Part shown: one piece after another, positions 11,401-21,300 of the stretch | How positions within the stretch are numbered: position 1 is the first letter of the stretch | Layout: each line of letters starts with the position of its first letter | IMG/VR virus record: IMGVR_UViG_3300020576_002947 | Location: 128,001 to 192,000 of that record | Reading direction: 5' to 3' (one strand) | DNA length: 64,000 nucleotides | DNA from: a virus | Lineage: Duplodnaviria > Caudoviricetes | Translations under genes and position numbers: made by a program | Notes under the pieces: generated by a model | Databases searched by the model: none | Told to the model about the DNA's origin: nothing | The model's input: the letters and a program-made list of their open reading frames with translations, nothing else

Positions 11401-13763
11401 CTAACTCGCCAACCTGGAACTGCAGTACCATCAACATCGAAAGGAAGGCTTTCTATATCAAGGTAAGCAAAAGATTGTCCATGTTTTTTAGGGTCTTGGA
11501 GAGCGGTTAGTAAACGCTTAGCTTTTCCAAGTTCTAAGTCCAATCTTTTCTCAGCAGTTGATTGTACTATCTTCCCATCTTCAATAGCAAAAGGCTCAAA
11601 AGACTTTGATGTTAAGACTCTTGTTGTAGTATTTCCCTTAGAAGTAACGCTTACAGCTAAAGCCTTGCCTTCATCAATACCAGTTTGGGCAGCTTCAGCC
11701 ACATCATTATAGCGACCAGGAGTAAGAATACTCATAGTAGGCCTAGTTTCAGGTCTAAATGGATAAAGTTTAACTTTATTATTAACTTCCATTTTGCCAA
11801 TCGTTTCTTCAGGACCAGAAATTCCACTAGGCATTCTTTCAGATACCATAGTAGTACTTAATTGACTATAGTCAGCCCCCTCAGGTATAGTGTCAGTATA
11901 CATAATCTGTCTTACTGAATTGTGGTCAGTATATCTTCTTCTATACATTGGCTTAGTACCATCTACATGGAATCTAGGTGCTGCTAGCTCATGTTGAACA
12001 TATCTTTGAGTTTCAGTTAAAATAGATGAGTCTCTAGTAGCAGAACTATGCTTCTCAGCACCTCCAATAAGAGCTGAATGGTACTCAAGCTCAGTTTCAA
12101 ACATAAATGACGTGGCTTGCTCAGTAGACATTCCAACATCAAGACTCTTATCTAAAGCTATTGTCCTCATTTGTAAGACTGAACCAACAGTCATACTACC
12201 ATCAGGACCAATAGAAGAAGGCATTAAATCTTTAAGATCTTCTGCTCCGCCAACAAGAGTCTCTAGTTCAATACCTGATAGATAGATATGGCCTAGTCCG
12301 ATAGCCTTCGTAAGATCTTGTACACCTTGAGTTGTCTTTATGTTATACTGCTGACCATTAAAAGAAAGAGTTTTTTGGGAAAGACCTTGTATTAACTGCT
12401 CTGTTTTAAATCTATATACTTTAAAACTAGGATCGTTTTCCCCTACTTGAGATGTAAGTCTAATAACTTCCTGTAAATCTAGTTTTCCTGAGGCAAGTTT
12501 TTCAGCATAGCCTGCTTTTGAGGCTCTGGCTGTTTGTCTCCTACTCTGAAACTCTCTGTTGTTTGCAGCAAACTCGTCTAGGTACTGACGAAGGGAGATA
12601 GGTACGTTATCACCATCAATAGGCCGAAAAGCATCTTCACCAGTAAATAATCCTTTACTTCTTAGCATATCAGCCATTACTTTAAGGATTTTACCCTCAG
12701 TTTTTCCAGAAGGCATACCATCTTTTGATGCTATAGTGCTTGTAATATTCTCAATAGCTTCCTCACTACCATTGAAATTAGTACGACCAATCTGATACTC
12801 CCAGAACTTAGTCATCTCATCTCTATTGGCAAACTCTCTCCCCATTAAAGATTCTGTGTATCCTACCAGCATTTGGGCCAGCTTTCTTTTCCCGTCAGGA
12901 CCTACTTCGCCTGTATATGGCTTTATCCTAAAATCTGTTATTGGGTTTGTAAAAGGATGGCTTGCTCCAAATGGAAGATCTTGTTCTATTAAGGAAGTTC
13001 TAACGAACTCTGCGGCTTCTCTAATAGTATTAGAATCTGATCCCAATTGATTAACAGCAACAGTTGGGTCTACTGCACCTACTGAGGTAGAAGCAGCCAA
13101 TCCAAAATCAGCTAATCTGCCTAGCATACTAGTTTTGAGAGTGCCTCCTTCGTCAGGCACAATCATGTTATAAAGCATCTCGGCAGAGCCAGCGTTGTAA
13201 ACTCCTGCTACTTTTTGGCCTGATTTGTTTATGCTTTGGTCTAGGAAGACTGAGAACTCTTCGATTATATCATCAGAGTATTCTTCTGGAAGTGCGCTTC
13301 TAAACGCGTCGTAAATCTGTGGTTGGGTAAATCTAAATCCAGCGCCTTTCCCGATTGATGATACTATTTGTTCTATACTACCATCAATGGTTAGATCAGG
13401 AGCCATAATCAAGAATGTTCTTAATGACGCGTAGTCAGAATCAGTATTAAGCTTATGTAAAAAATTACCCTGTCCAATCGCGTTTCCTAGCCCATCGGCA
13501 AGTTTTACACCTTTTTTAATTCTTGCTACAATTTCATCAGGTGTTTCTAGATTAAGATTACTTCTAATTATATTTATAGGTATATCTTGGACAACTTTAG
13601 CAGACCATGATTTAGATTCCTCACTAAAAATACCTGCGGCAAAAACAGTTATACCTGCTGTTCCAAAAGCAACTACGTTCTCTATTACAAAATCAAGACC
13701 ATCTTCTTGATCTCTTGCAATATCACCAGGCTCCAAATTAATATTAGTAGTGTAGAAATCCAC
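8403..13763 (-). CDS. Giant putative virion protein (1786 aa) with DEDDh (DnaQ-like) 3'-5' exonuclease domain
   Basis: Motifs FAYLDIES (D769, E771), QGRADFGIL (D907), EAHDDVADN (H988, D993); hydrophobic helix WGSGLMLGAMGLAALASA near the C-terminus; GTG start; located in the tail module. Confidence 0.7.
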   Translation of the reverse strand: MDFYTTNINLEPGDIARDQEDGLDFVIENVVAFGTAGITVFAAGIFSEESKSWSAKVVQDIPINIIRSNLNLETPDEIVARIKKGVKLADGLGNAIGQGNFLHKLNTDSDYASLRTFLIMAPDLTIDGSIEQIVSSIGKGAGFRFTQPQIYDAFRSALPEEYSDDIIEEFSVFLDQSINKSGQKVAGVYNAGSAEMLYNMIVPDEGGTLKTSMLGRLADFGLAASTSVGAVDPTVAVNQLGSDSNTIREAAEFVRTSLIEQDLPFGASHPFTNPITDFRIKPYTGEVGPDGKRKLAQMLVGYTESLMGREFANRDEMTKFWEYQIGRTNFNGSEEAIENITSTIASKDGMPSGKTEGKILKVMADMLRSKGLFTGEDAFRPIDGDNVPISLRQYLDEFAANNREFQSRRQTARASKAGYAEKLASGKLDLQEVIRLTSQVGENDPSFKVYRFKTEQLIQGLSQKTLSFNGQQYNIKTTQGVQDLTKAIGLGHIYLSGIELETLVGGAEDLKDLMPSSIGPDGSMTVGSVLQMRTIALDKSLDVGMSTEQATSFMFETELEYHSALIGGAEKHSSATRDSSILTETQRYVQHELAAPRFHVDGTKPMYRRRYTDHNSVRQIMYTDTIPEGADYSQLSTTMVSERMPSGISGPEETIGKMEVNNKVKLYPFRPETRPTMSILTPGRYNDVAEAAQTGIDEGKALAVSVTSKGNTTTRVLTSKSFEPFAIEDGKIVQSTAEKRLDLELGKAKRLLTALQDPKKHGQSFAYLDIESLPFDVDGTAVPGWRVSSASLMTGTQLDAIETALEKIKSSGSHTAYQEEFKRLKLITDKDELKAATQAFMKKLMDDQNLSGPNGNRFAFQITPQKASKSNPLSATNGLVRIDQIETLVLEMEKDEILFIPTQGRADFGILARELRFLKGTSGVSASKVDDLIRRVQILDIKKGVSKELLAMATGAATTGNFNQQDQMLKAAKTGSKRAWMFGMKEAHDDVADNVWAYLLDRDASDILKGATINKVDGAIALEGTRIRDITGSIIKITPESIRAEVVDGEQFFRVSISGVNTGEAIASSTNAGSKLVWERVMTEGEVNTLLSGRVIDANDTSPAAKQSAKLVAEERARNVASSTKRMINELNPFPKFTSLSTEAVVNNFDTAHVLAKARVAAGTYIEGNGDNLVDTVIQKLTNGREYRVNDSTLDDIKRLLGEEAQGVTFLDQFLEKDPELRRFSTQFSGTNKKAFTEAVAGEVFKALTPNAVDKSALETFSSWVMASPDMRQAIMSSDSNAFRAFMVAALAMRETVTLQESAPSLSFGFRNVDGKGISNLSARAFLNTDPLASGRGQNVAQNTIGQGLYQLLKYAGDDKSTGKAGAAFSAIKELGLEDELGAFKELGLDEVESYSDYVNSTQKAGAYSDESDVISKSVKKLFAPDKGLQSRLEVVAKGFGATDERAKLIAETALGTIDADIAMSEKERITAKLLQSMARNVAEGVENNTGIADMFREAGIETAGFVLDRAKEFKGQDYEKLLVSKYETEGILTALSGVENNEFTLLSTDPRLAKVKDKATQILQHKDGANFLQNLMNEPGFSQLSPEEMGARVDSFLDGGVQPYKPMDRLQADANLGVGPEVSPPIQNRFTESNPLGQSELQHRNMLKLKATSKNGVTLTEKAHREMMENWGSGLMLGAMGLAALASAPKLKEDVLSETTMTPNGEIDSEGINQDSYGSPSFSAESYSNMSIAINGSSDSARQSDIGYHALSKELGSMGVVVSSSLNRKNRINSIDAYNYLESAT

Positions 13764-13785
13764 TATAGCTATAACCTAAAATAAA

Positions 13786-13811
13786 TTAGAGCCTATTTTA
13801 TTAGGCTCTAA
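13786..13811 (-). terminator. Rho-independent terminator-like hairpin
   Basis: Perfect 10-bp stem TTAGAGCCTA/TAGGCTCTAA, 6-nt loop, followed by TTTATTTT on the minus strand; downstream of 13855..14202. Confidence 0.65.
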
Positions 13812-13854
13812 CTGTTTTTTATCATGAAATAATCACCACTACTTAAACATCTAG

Positions 13855-14202
13855 TCACTCACTTTCTGTTTCTTCACTTACCTCAACTTCGTTATCCGCT
13901 TGATGCTCGGCAATTCGAGCTTCTAAATCTGCTGTGATTTCATCAACCTTTTCTTTTACGATAGCTTTTAATAGCATCTTTGACTCTGCATTAGGTCTAT
14001 TTGACTTAGCCCTTGTAAGCAAGTTAATATAGTCATAATGCAAAGCATCTAAAGTTGGGTAGTCACACTCTTCCCCTGCAATTAAAGCATTCTTTCTCTT
14101 TAAAAACCAGTCATGTACTTCCTTGGGGGAGTCTAGTATAAAACGAGAAAATTGATTGTCTTGAGCTTTCATTAGCTTGGTCTTTTGAGTCTTAGTAGCC
14201 AT
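13855..14202 (-). CDS. Hypothetical protein (115 aa, acidic tail)
   Basis: ATG 1 nt after the upstream stop (TAAAATG); followed by a terminator hairpin. Confidence 0.7.
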   Translation of the reverse strand: MATKTQKTKLMKAQDNQFSRFILDSPKEVHDWFLKRKNALIAGEECDYPTLDALHYDYINLLTRAKSNRPNAESKMLLKAIVKEKVDEITADLEARIAEHQADNEVEVSEETESE

Positions 14203-14203
14203 T

Positions 14204-15307
14204 TTAGTTACCTATGAATCGAATTCTAACTGAATCAATATTAATGTTAAACTGATCGTCAGTATTGAATAGGACGTACCCACAGGTAGGTGCTGGGTAC
14301 TTTCCTGCATTTTCAAAGATATATGGCATTGGTTTACACATACAACCTGTGTTAACAATCAACCTTCCTTCAGGAGTATAAGCCAAGTTCATTCGATGAG
14401 AGTGACCATGGAAAAGAGCTTTTGGACTCTCAGGGATGTCTAGAAGAGGCAAGAATGTGTCTACCCATCTGAGGGCCATTTCAGCTGCATCTTTGCCACA
14501 GAAGCCGTCTAGGTGGGCTAAAACCATGTTTCCTACAGAACCTAGATTAGTTACCTCAAGATCACTGCCTAGCCTTGTATTAGGTGCTGTAGAAAAGGCT
14601 GTTACTGTTAGTAGTTCTACATTCTTAAATCTGTTTGAGATTAATTCTAGTGGATCAACGATCAGAGGAAGGATCTCAGGCATGAAGTTCTGAATCTTTC
14701 TAGAAACCCTAACGTCATGATTTCCAGAGATTAGATAAACCTTAGAAAACTTCTCAGACAACATTTTCAAGATTGCTATAGCTCTTGACAGTTCCTCTCT
14801 AACCAGTAGATGATCAATGGTCTTTCGGTGTGAAGACACCGCATACATATCAAAGAAGTCACCTGCGATAAACAATACATCAGCAGTTTCATTCATCAAG
14901 TGAGCAAGAGCCTCAGTATTCTCAAAAGGAATATGAAAGTCAGATGCAACAATACACTTAATAGTAGGACCGTCTAGTTTGCCTAGCTTTTTGATTTTAG
15001 GTATCTCACCTATAACTTCTTCTAGATTAGCTAAGGCCTCCTCTAACAACTTTCCTTTGTTAACTGGGTTAAGAGGGCCAGGTTCGTTTGAAAGAGATTC
15101 CTTCCAAAAGCGTCGGTATGCATTTACCTTTTGCCTTGCTTTCTCAGGGGAGAGCTTAAGCTTTCTAGCTAACCCTAGAACGAGATCTTCGACACCCTTC
15201 TTTTGGACAAACCTTGTGTAAAAGTCAATAGCGAAGTTGCTAGGAAGTCCAAGAGCTTCTGCATGAGTGAGCAGAATTTGGGGAGTGTATGTAGTTGGTT
15301 TAAACAT
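14204..15307 (-). CDS. Calcineurin-like metallophosphoesterase
   Basis: Complete motif set: SDFHIP, AGDFFD, SGNHD, VLAH, HGHSH. Confidence 0.9.
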   Translation of the reverse strand: MFKPTTYTPQILLTHAEALGLPSNFAIDFYTRFVQKKGVEDLVLGLARKLKLSPEKARQKVNAYRRFWKESLSNEPGPLNPVNKGKLLEEALANLEEVIGEIPKIKKLGKLDGPTIKCIVASDFHIPFENTEALAHLMNETADVLFIAGDFFDMYAVSSHRKTIDHLLVREELSRAIAILKMLSEKFSKVYLISGNHDVRVSRKIQNFMPEILPLIVDPLELISNRFKNVELLTVTAFSTAPNTRLGSDLEVTNLGSVGNMVLAHLDGFCGKDAAEMALRWVDTFLPLLDIPESPKALFHGHSHRMNLAYTPEGRLIVNTGCMCKPMPYIFENAGKYPAPTCGYVLFNTDDQFNINIDSVRIRFIGN

Positions 15308-15336
15308 GATATATTTTTAACTCTCAATTAGTAATG

Positions 15337-18300
15337 TCAATAGGCACGATCCTTCATATAGGACTCAAGCCCTGAGGTGTCATCCTGTTTCATATTTACA
15401 CTCACATCTATATTCGATGTTGGAGCTGTTTTGTTGTCGATCATTACCTGAATATCTTTTGTCGTGATGCCAGTACCTGCTAAAATCCTATCAATTTTAG
15501 GTTTTGTGGATAAAGGCATTCTATTAACTCGGTCTAAATTAGGTAGAGGTACTCCTTGAGAAGCACTCCTAGCTTGTCTAATTTCACGTTTTCCTATTGG
15601 TCGCCCTTGTATTCCTTCTGCAAGTCGAGACCTAGTCTTTAGGTCATTAATATCAACATCAGGACTCCACCCGCCCCACTTCTCATCAGGAAGGTAAGCT
15701 TTACTGAAAATCTCATCTAATCCAATATTAGGAGTACTCTTCCCAAAGTACCTAGCAGTAACTCTCTTTTCAGTTGGCGATAAAAGTTCAAATACTTTTT
15801 GCTTTTCGTTATCATTCCCATAGAGTAAAGCCTCTTTAACTGCTTGCCGACGTGGTTGGGAAATACTGGCGATCATCTGATCAACAGTACCGTTTATAAC
15901 ATTAAACCCCATCCTAGTACGCTTAGCTTTGTTTTCAGCGTCAATAGCCAGCATACTCCACTTACCAGCCTTCTTCTTTAGTCTATAAGGGCTTTTAGAT
16001 AGTAGGTCTACGTTAGTTCCTTCGTATCTCCAAGCCTGGTCCTTATAGAACTCTGCTAGTCTTGAGAATTTTAAGTACTGCAGGGCGTCCCAATAGTCTT
16101 CAAACTTGTCACGTCTTCTAGTAGCCCCAGGCTTCCACTTTTTACCTGTAGCCAATTCGTAGGTTCCCCTGATCGACGCTGCTGTGGCCGCTAAAGACGC
16201 AAACAGAAGGGCTGAGGTTCCCTTACCTTTCTTTGATACACCGAAGGCAATATAACCCACCACACCAGCACTAACAGCCGCTTGTAGTGGAGCTTTACTT
16301 GCCCAGTTGCTAATAGTAGGTGCTACTAAGGTATTAGGAAGGTCAGACCAGCTCATATAGTCTGAACCATAAACATCACCTCGAGATAATTGTTCTGAGG
16401 GGGAGCGGTTTCTCATGAACTTATTACTGATCATGTTATCGCTATGAATACCCCACTCCCACAGTTTGGCGAGAGGGCTTAGAGATCTGTCGAAGGCAAC
16501 TCTGTCTGTAGGATCGCCAGATTGGTACTCTCTAGCATACCCTTTCTCCACAAGTCGATTAGATAACCGACCTATCTGTTGTAATGGTGTATTAATGACA
16601 CCAAAGTCAGCTGAGAAAACTTGTTGGCCCATTAGTTCTGGGTCTAATGCATTAGCGTTAGTTCTAAAGGTAGCAACCTTTCCTGCTTTAATGCCGTAAT
16701 GTGCTAAGACTTCTTGGATAGTCCCAGACTCAACAAGCTCACTTTCCCACTCAATACCAGCTACTTTATAAGTACCTGCCTTCGTAACAATATGACCTTC
16801 ACCTGTAACATACTGCACTACAGCATGAACATTTCTAATATTAGTACTACTAAGCGGAGTATGTAGAGTATAGTCTCTACGCATTAAGTCTAAATCTCTT
16901 TTTATCTGCTGAAAAATTATTCTCTCATGACCACCAAGAGTTGTCTTAGTCTCAAAATAACTTTCTAGCTCTCGTGTCTCTCTTGAATTAGGCTTAACTC
17001 GTGAAAGTACTTGTAATCTTGACAGAGGGTCGTATGTCTCATAAGGTGATAATGCACCAATCTCTCTTAACTGTTCTAGTGTTTCCCTAGCTTGGTAAAT
17101 TCTAGACATTGCTGAGCGTATTTTACCTTGCTCTAATCCAACCATTCTAGTACGAATTTGACTGGGATCGTCTTGATTGATATAAGCAATAACACCTCTT
17201 TGGACTCCCAGAGCTTTCATTTCTAGCTGGATAGCTTCTTCGACAGAGTACCCAGCATTTTGGTTTGCAAAGTTTTCACTATCAAGAGGAACAATCTTCA
17301 CTACCGATTTAGTAGCTCCTCCCATAACAGCATCTACTGTACCACTATAATTCATTTCTTCATTATAAACTGGTACATTTGTGCCTGCCAAAGCTCCTTG
17401 TCTTTGTAAGATAGAAAGAGCTTCCATTTGAGCCATCTTGGCTTTCTCACCTTCAAAGATCTTTGAGTCATAATAACCAATAGGGTTTATCATTGACTCA
17501 ATTACTTCAGCTTCATTCCTACCAAGCATACTAATATCAACTTTATTAGGCCGGGTATACTGATTAAGCCTTTCAAAAGCATCACCGGGAAGAAGCTGCT
17601 CGTAGTTCTCTCCTCTCGTATAAGGGTCACCCCATCCTAATGCTTCATCAGCAGCTACTAACCATGAAGGCATACTATTTTTGTATGGGCTAAATGCGTC
17701 ATAGTTTTTATCTGGGAAGCCTAGTACCCTTCTAAAGAATTCACCACCTTCACCTGAAAGTTCTCCAAGCTTGTTTGCGTAAATATATCGTCTGATATCT
17801 CTAGCATCTGAGGATGATTGGTTAGGTATGTCATAGTAGTTAGGAGACATCCCGCCAGTTAAGGCTTTTAGCAAACCTCCATAAAGACCGCTCTGGTCTC
17901 GGTATTTATCAATAATATCAAAAACTAAAGAGTCACTAGACCTTAAAGCACTAGGCCTAATAGGTTTGTTAAGGTACACCTCAACCTTCCCTGTTTCAGA
18001 ACCTAGAAGACCACCATTGCCTCTGCCATAACCTGCCTCAGCACCATAAGCAATCTCAAGACCTGCTGCTGACAAGGCTTGGTTTTCTATATCACCATAT
18101 ACTGAGCTATTCCTACCTCCACCATAGTAGGCCTTAAGGTTTGAATAGTTTGCTGCTGTTGTTCTAACTACGTTCTCAGCACCTACTAAAGCCTGTGATT
18201 TTGCATCTTTAGGATTGTTTGAGAAGTCAGGTCTATATGGACGATCTTTCTTAACCCTTTCCTCCCAAGAAGGACCAAGAAGTCTTGCAATTGGAGCTAG

Positions 18301-21300
18301 TGGATTTGTAAGTGTAGGAAGAAATGAAGTTTCTGCTGAAGCATGTTGAACGTTGTCGGCACTAGTCCAGTTTGAATGTGCTCTGCGATAATAGTTAGCT
18401 CTCCAGTACTCAACATCAGAGCCTGCAGCGTCTCCTTTATTACCTAGAACTAAGAATCTCCCACGCTTAATAGCATCGTAACCAGTCATTAGGTACTCTT
18501 GGTACTCTTCTGCTGTTCTCGCTGTAATATATTTCTCTAGGCCAGGAAAAGCTCTTACTAGGTCTTTCGTTCCTTCGTTTGCACCAACTAGATCACCTAA
18601 CTTTTTAATTCCAATAGTTAGCTTTGCCCTAATATTAGCTGACAGGTCATCTAGGCCTGGAACTCCGTAGGTCTCTGCATCATCATTAATATTATTGTAC
18701 AGCTCATATCCGATATAAGCAGGAAGAAGTCTTTTTAGAGTCAAGGCTGCAGCATACCTAGGTACAGTTAATAGGTCTTGTGACCCTAAAGCAAGACCTA
18801 GGGGTTCTGCAAGTTTGTTTGAGGTGGTGACTAGTGACATAGCCGCATGGCCTAAATCAGTCTGTGATGCGTTGGGATCAACAAGGGCCTGTAAAGAAGC
18901 TCCTAGCCAATTATGGATTTGACTGGAGTCCTTTAATGTCTGTACAGCATAGTAGTCTAAGTCACTGGTTACACTAGAATAATCTCTAATTGCAGGAGTT
19001 CTTGATTTACCAAGAAAGCCAAACCTTTTATCAACTACCTTACGTGCGCTACCTAATTGTAGTGCGTCGCTAGCCCTCTCAACAAGCAAGTTTTCAAAGT
19101 TTGAGGTTGCACTAGCTGTACTTCCTCTTAACCCTTTGAGAGACTTAATAAAGTTGCTAGCTATCTTAGCTCTAGTCTCATCAGTAATATCTAAGCTCCT
19201 GTCGTTCAATAAATCCCAACCACCTAGCATAGATAAAAGTTCTTTAGCTGCTGCTCTATCTACTTTCTTATCATCTGCGACACCTATTGTCATGTTCTGG
19301 TAGATCTTTTCAAGGAACTTTGTCTGAGTGCCTAGCTCACCATCAGTAATACCTGCCATCTGAAGTAAAAGACTATCTATCTCAGTAACTCCAGTTTTAG
19401 TCGAATCTTTAATAAACGTTTCAAACGCTTCACCTCCACCAACTAGAGACTCTCCTCTCATTGTTAGTAGCTGATCTAGCTCAGCATCTTGTGCGTCTCG
19501 ATAAAGTTTACTTCCTGTCTTACTTCCAAAAAAGCCTTCGTGCGTAGAGTGTTTAAACCCTTCTGTTGATGATCCTGGTGCTCCAAACCCTAATCTATCT
19601 TTTTTAGTGTATTCTAGCGTTCTATGGAGCCCCGAATCAAGTTTAATGATACCTTCAAGACTTTCACTTGGATTTAGCCACCCCATCCTATCCATAGCAA
19701 CCCAAGTAGCATCAGCATCATTAGCTGATATTACTTCTAAGAGTCCTGGCATATAGTAGTTACTATCACTATTATTTATTACACCTACTTTAGAAGCTAT
19801 TTTAGCTAAGTCATCTGAATAATTAAAAGGGACTGAACCAGCAAGATTGGATGCGTGCTCAAGGGCTTGAAATCTAGTCGAAGCATGTACTTTACTACTA
19901 GAAGCTAAATTAAAAGTTAGCTCAGTTAAGTCATCCATCGAAACTTCCCCATTATTGGAAAATTTCTTCAATAAAGCTGCAGCAAGACCCTCAGTAACAC
20001 CTTTCTTAGGTATTAGTATAGCTGATGTACTAGATGTTGAGGATTCTGAGACATCATAAAGTTCATGCTGCATGGAGTAGAAAAGATCCCTTGCTTTAGT
20101 AGCTTGGTCTTCATCAGATAAGAAGAATTTTCTAACAGCTTTTACAACATTAGAACCACCACCCTTCCCTACTTCAGCAATTTCATCTAAATCAAGAAAG
20201 TTTATTACACTAGGGTCTGCTTTTGAACGGTACTTATTTCTAGCAGACAGTGCATCTCTGGTAGCCTTAGATTCACTTGTTGCTAAAAATCTGTAAGATT
20301 TATCTGTGTTTACTGCTTTAAAAGTAGCGTTCTTTCCATCAGTCTGCAAGCTAAAAAGCTTCCGTCCAATGCCAATACCCATTCCTTTAGCCCCTTTTCC
20401 AAGGTCAGGTTGTAGGGAAAGCTCCCCGAGTTTTTTTACTCGAATAGGATCTGATTTCAAGAAATTAAACAGTTTTGATACGTTTACGTTAAAGACCCCA
20501 GGAAGCAGAGGTATGGTCATTTCTTGACCACCTTTTGCAGCTTGGAATCTAATAGCATTAGCTATTTGTGCTTGTGAAACGATCTCCCTATTTGCACGAT
20601 TAGATCGACTATAACCAGAGTCTAAAGTCTTTTTTGTATCTTCAAGTATTTTACCAATAAAGCCTGTTTGCTGCTTTCCACCAGTATTAACTAATCCAGT
20701 TTTAGTCTCTAGAAAGATACTAAGATTTTTCTGCATCCTTACCAGGTCACCATCAGCAGCTTCAGCTCCTGATTCTGACAAGGCCATAGTAAGATTCTTA
20801 TGATATTCTTTTAAGGTATCTGTTAGAAAGCCATTGTTACGGCCTTTAGTTTCAGAGGCAATAGACTGTTGGACTTTTCTTCCTTCTTCAGTAAGGAAAT
20901 CATCGAAGTCCTCACCTTTACTAGACAGGAATTTTGTCTCATTTTCCCCACCTATATTAAATAAATCTTTAAATCGGTACTCTCTTCCATCAACAGCAGT
21001 AAAAGTTTTAATTACAGCATCATCACGAGCAGCAGCTTTGACCATCTCCCTATGAGCTTCTATAATTGAACCAGCACTATCACCAGTTTTTATTAACGTA
21101 GCGTAATCGTTCCTACCTGCGCCTGGGGATTTAAAAGCAGCATCCAGAGCAACTCTGATATCATTCTCTGCATCAAAAGATTGACCTACTATTTTTTGAA
21201 CTCCAGTAAGATTACTAGCACTAGTGGCCCTTTCAAAAGCCTGAGTAGAGTTAGTATCTTGGAGAATGGAGGTCATGTTATGACTAATTCTTTCGGCCCA

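Noticed and set aside
17100-17460. Cas4-like motif as evidence of a CRISPR-Cas system
   Set aside because: The domain is degenerate, lacks the Fe-S cysteines and is embedded in a virion protein; no other cas genes or arrays were seen
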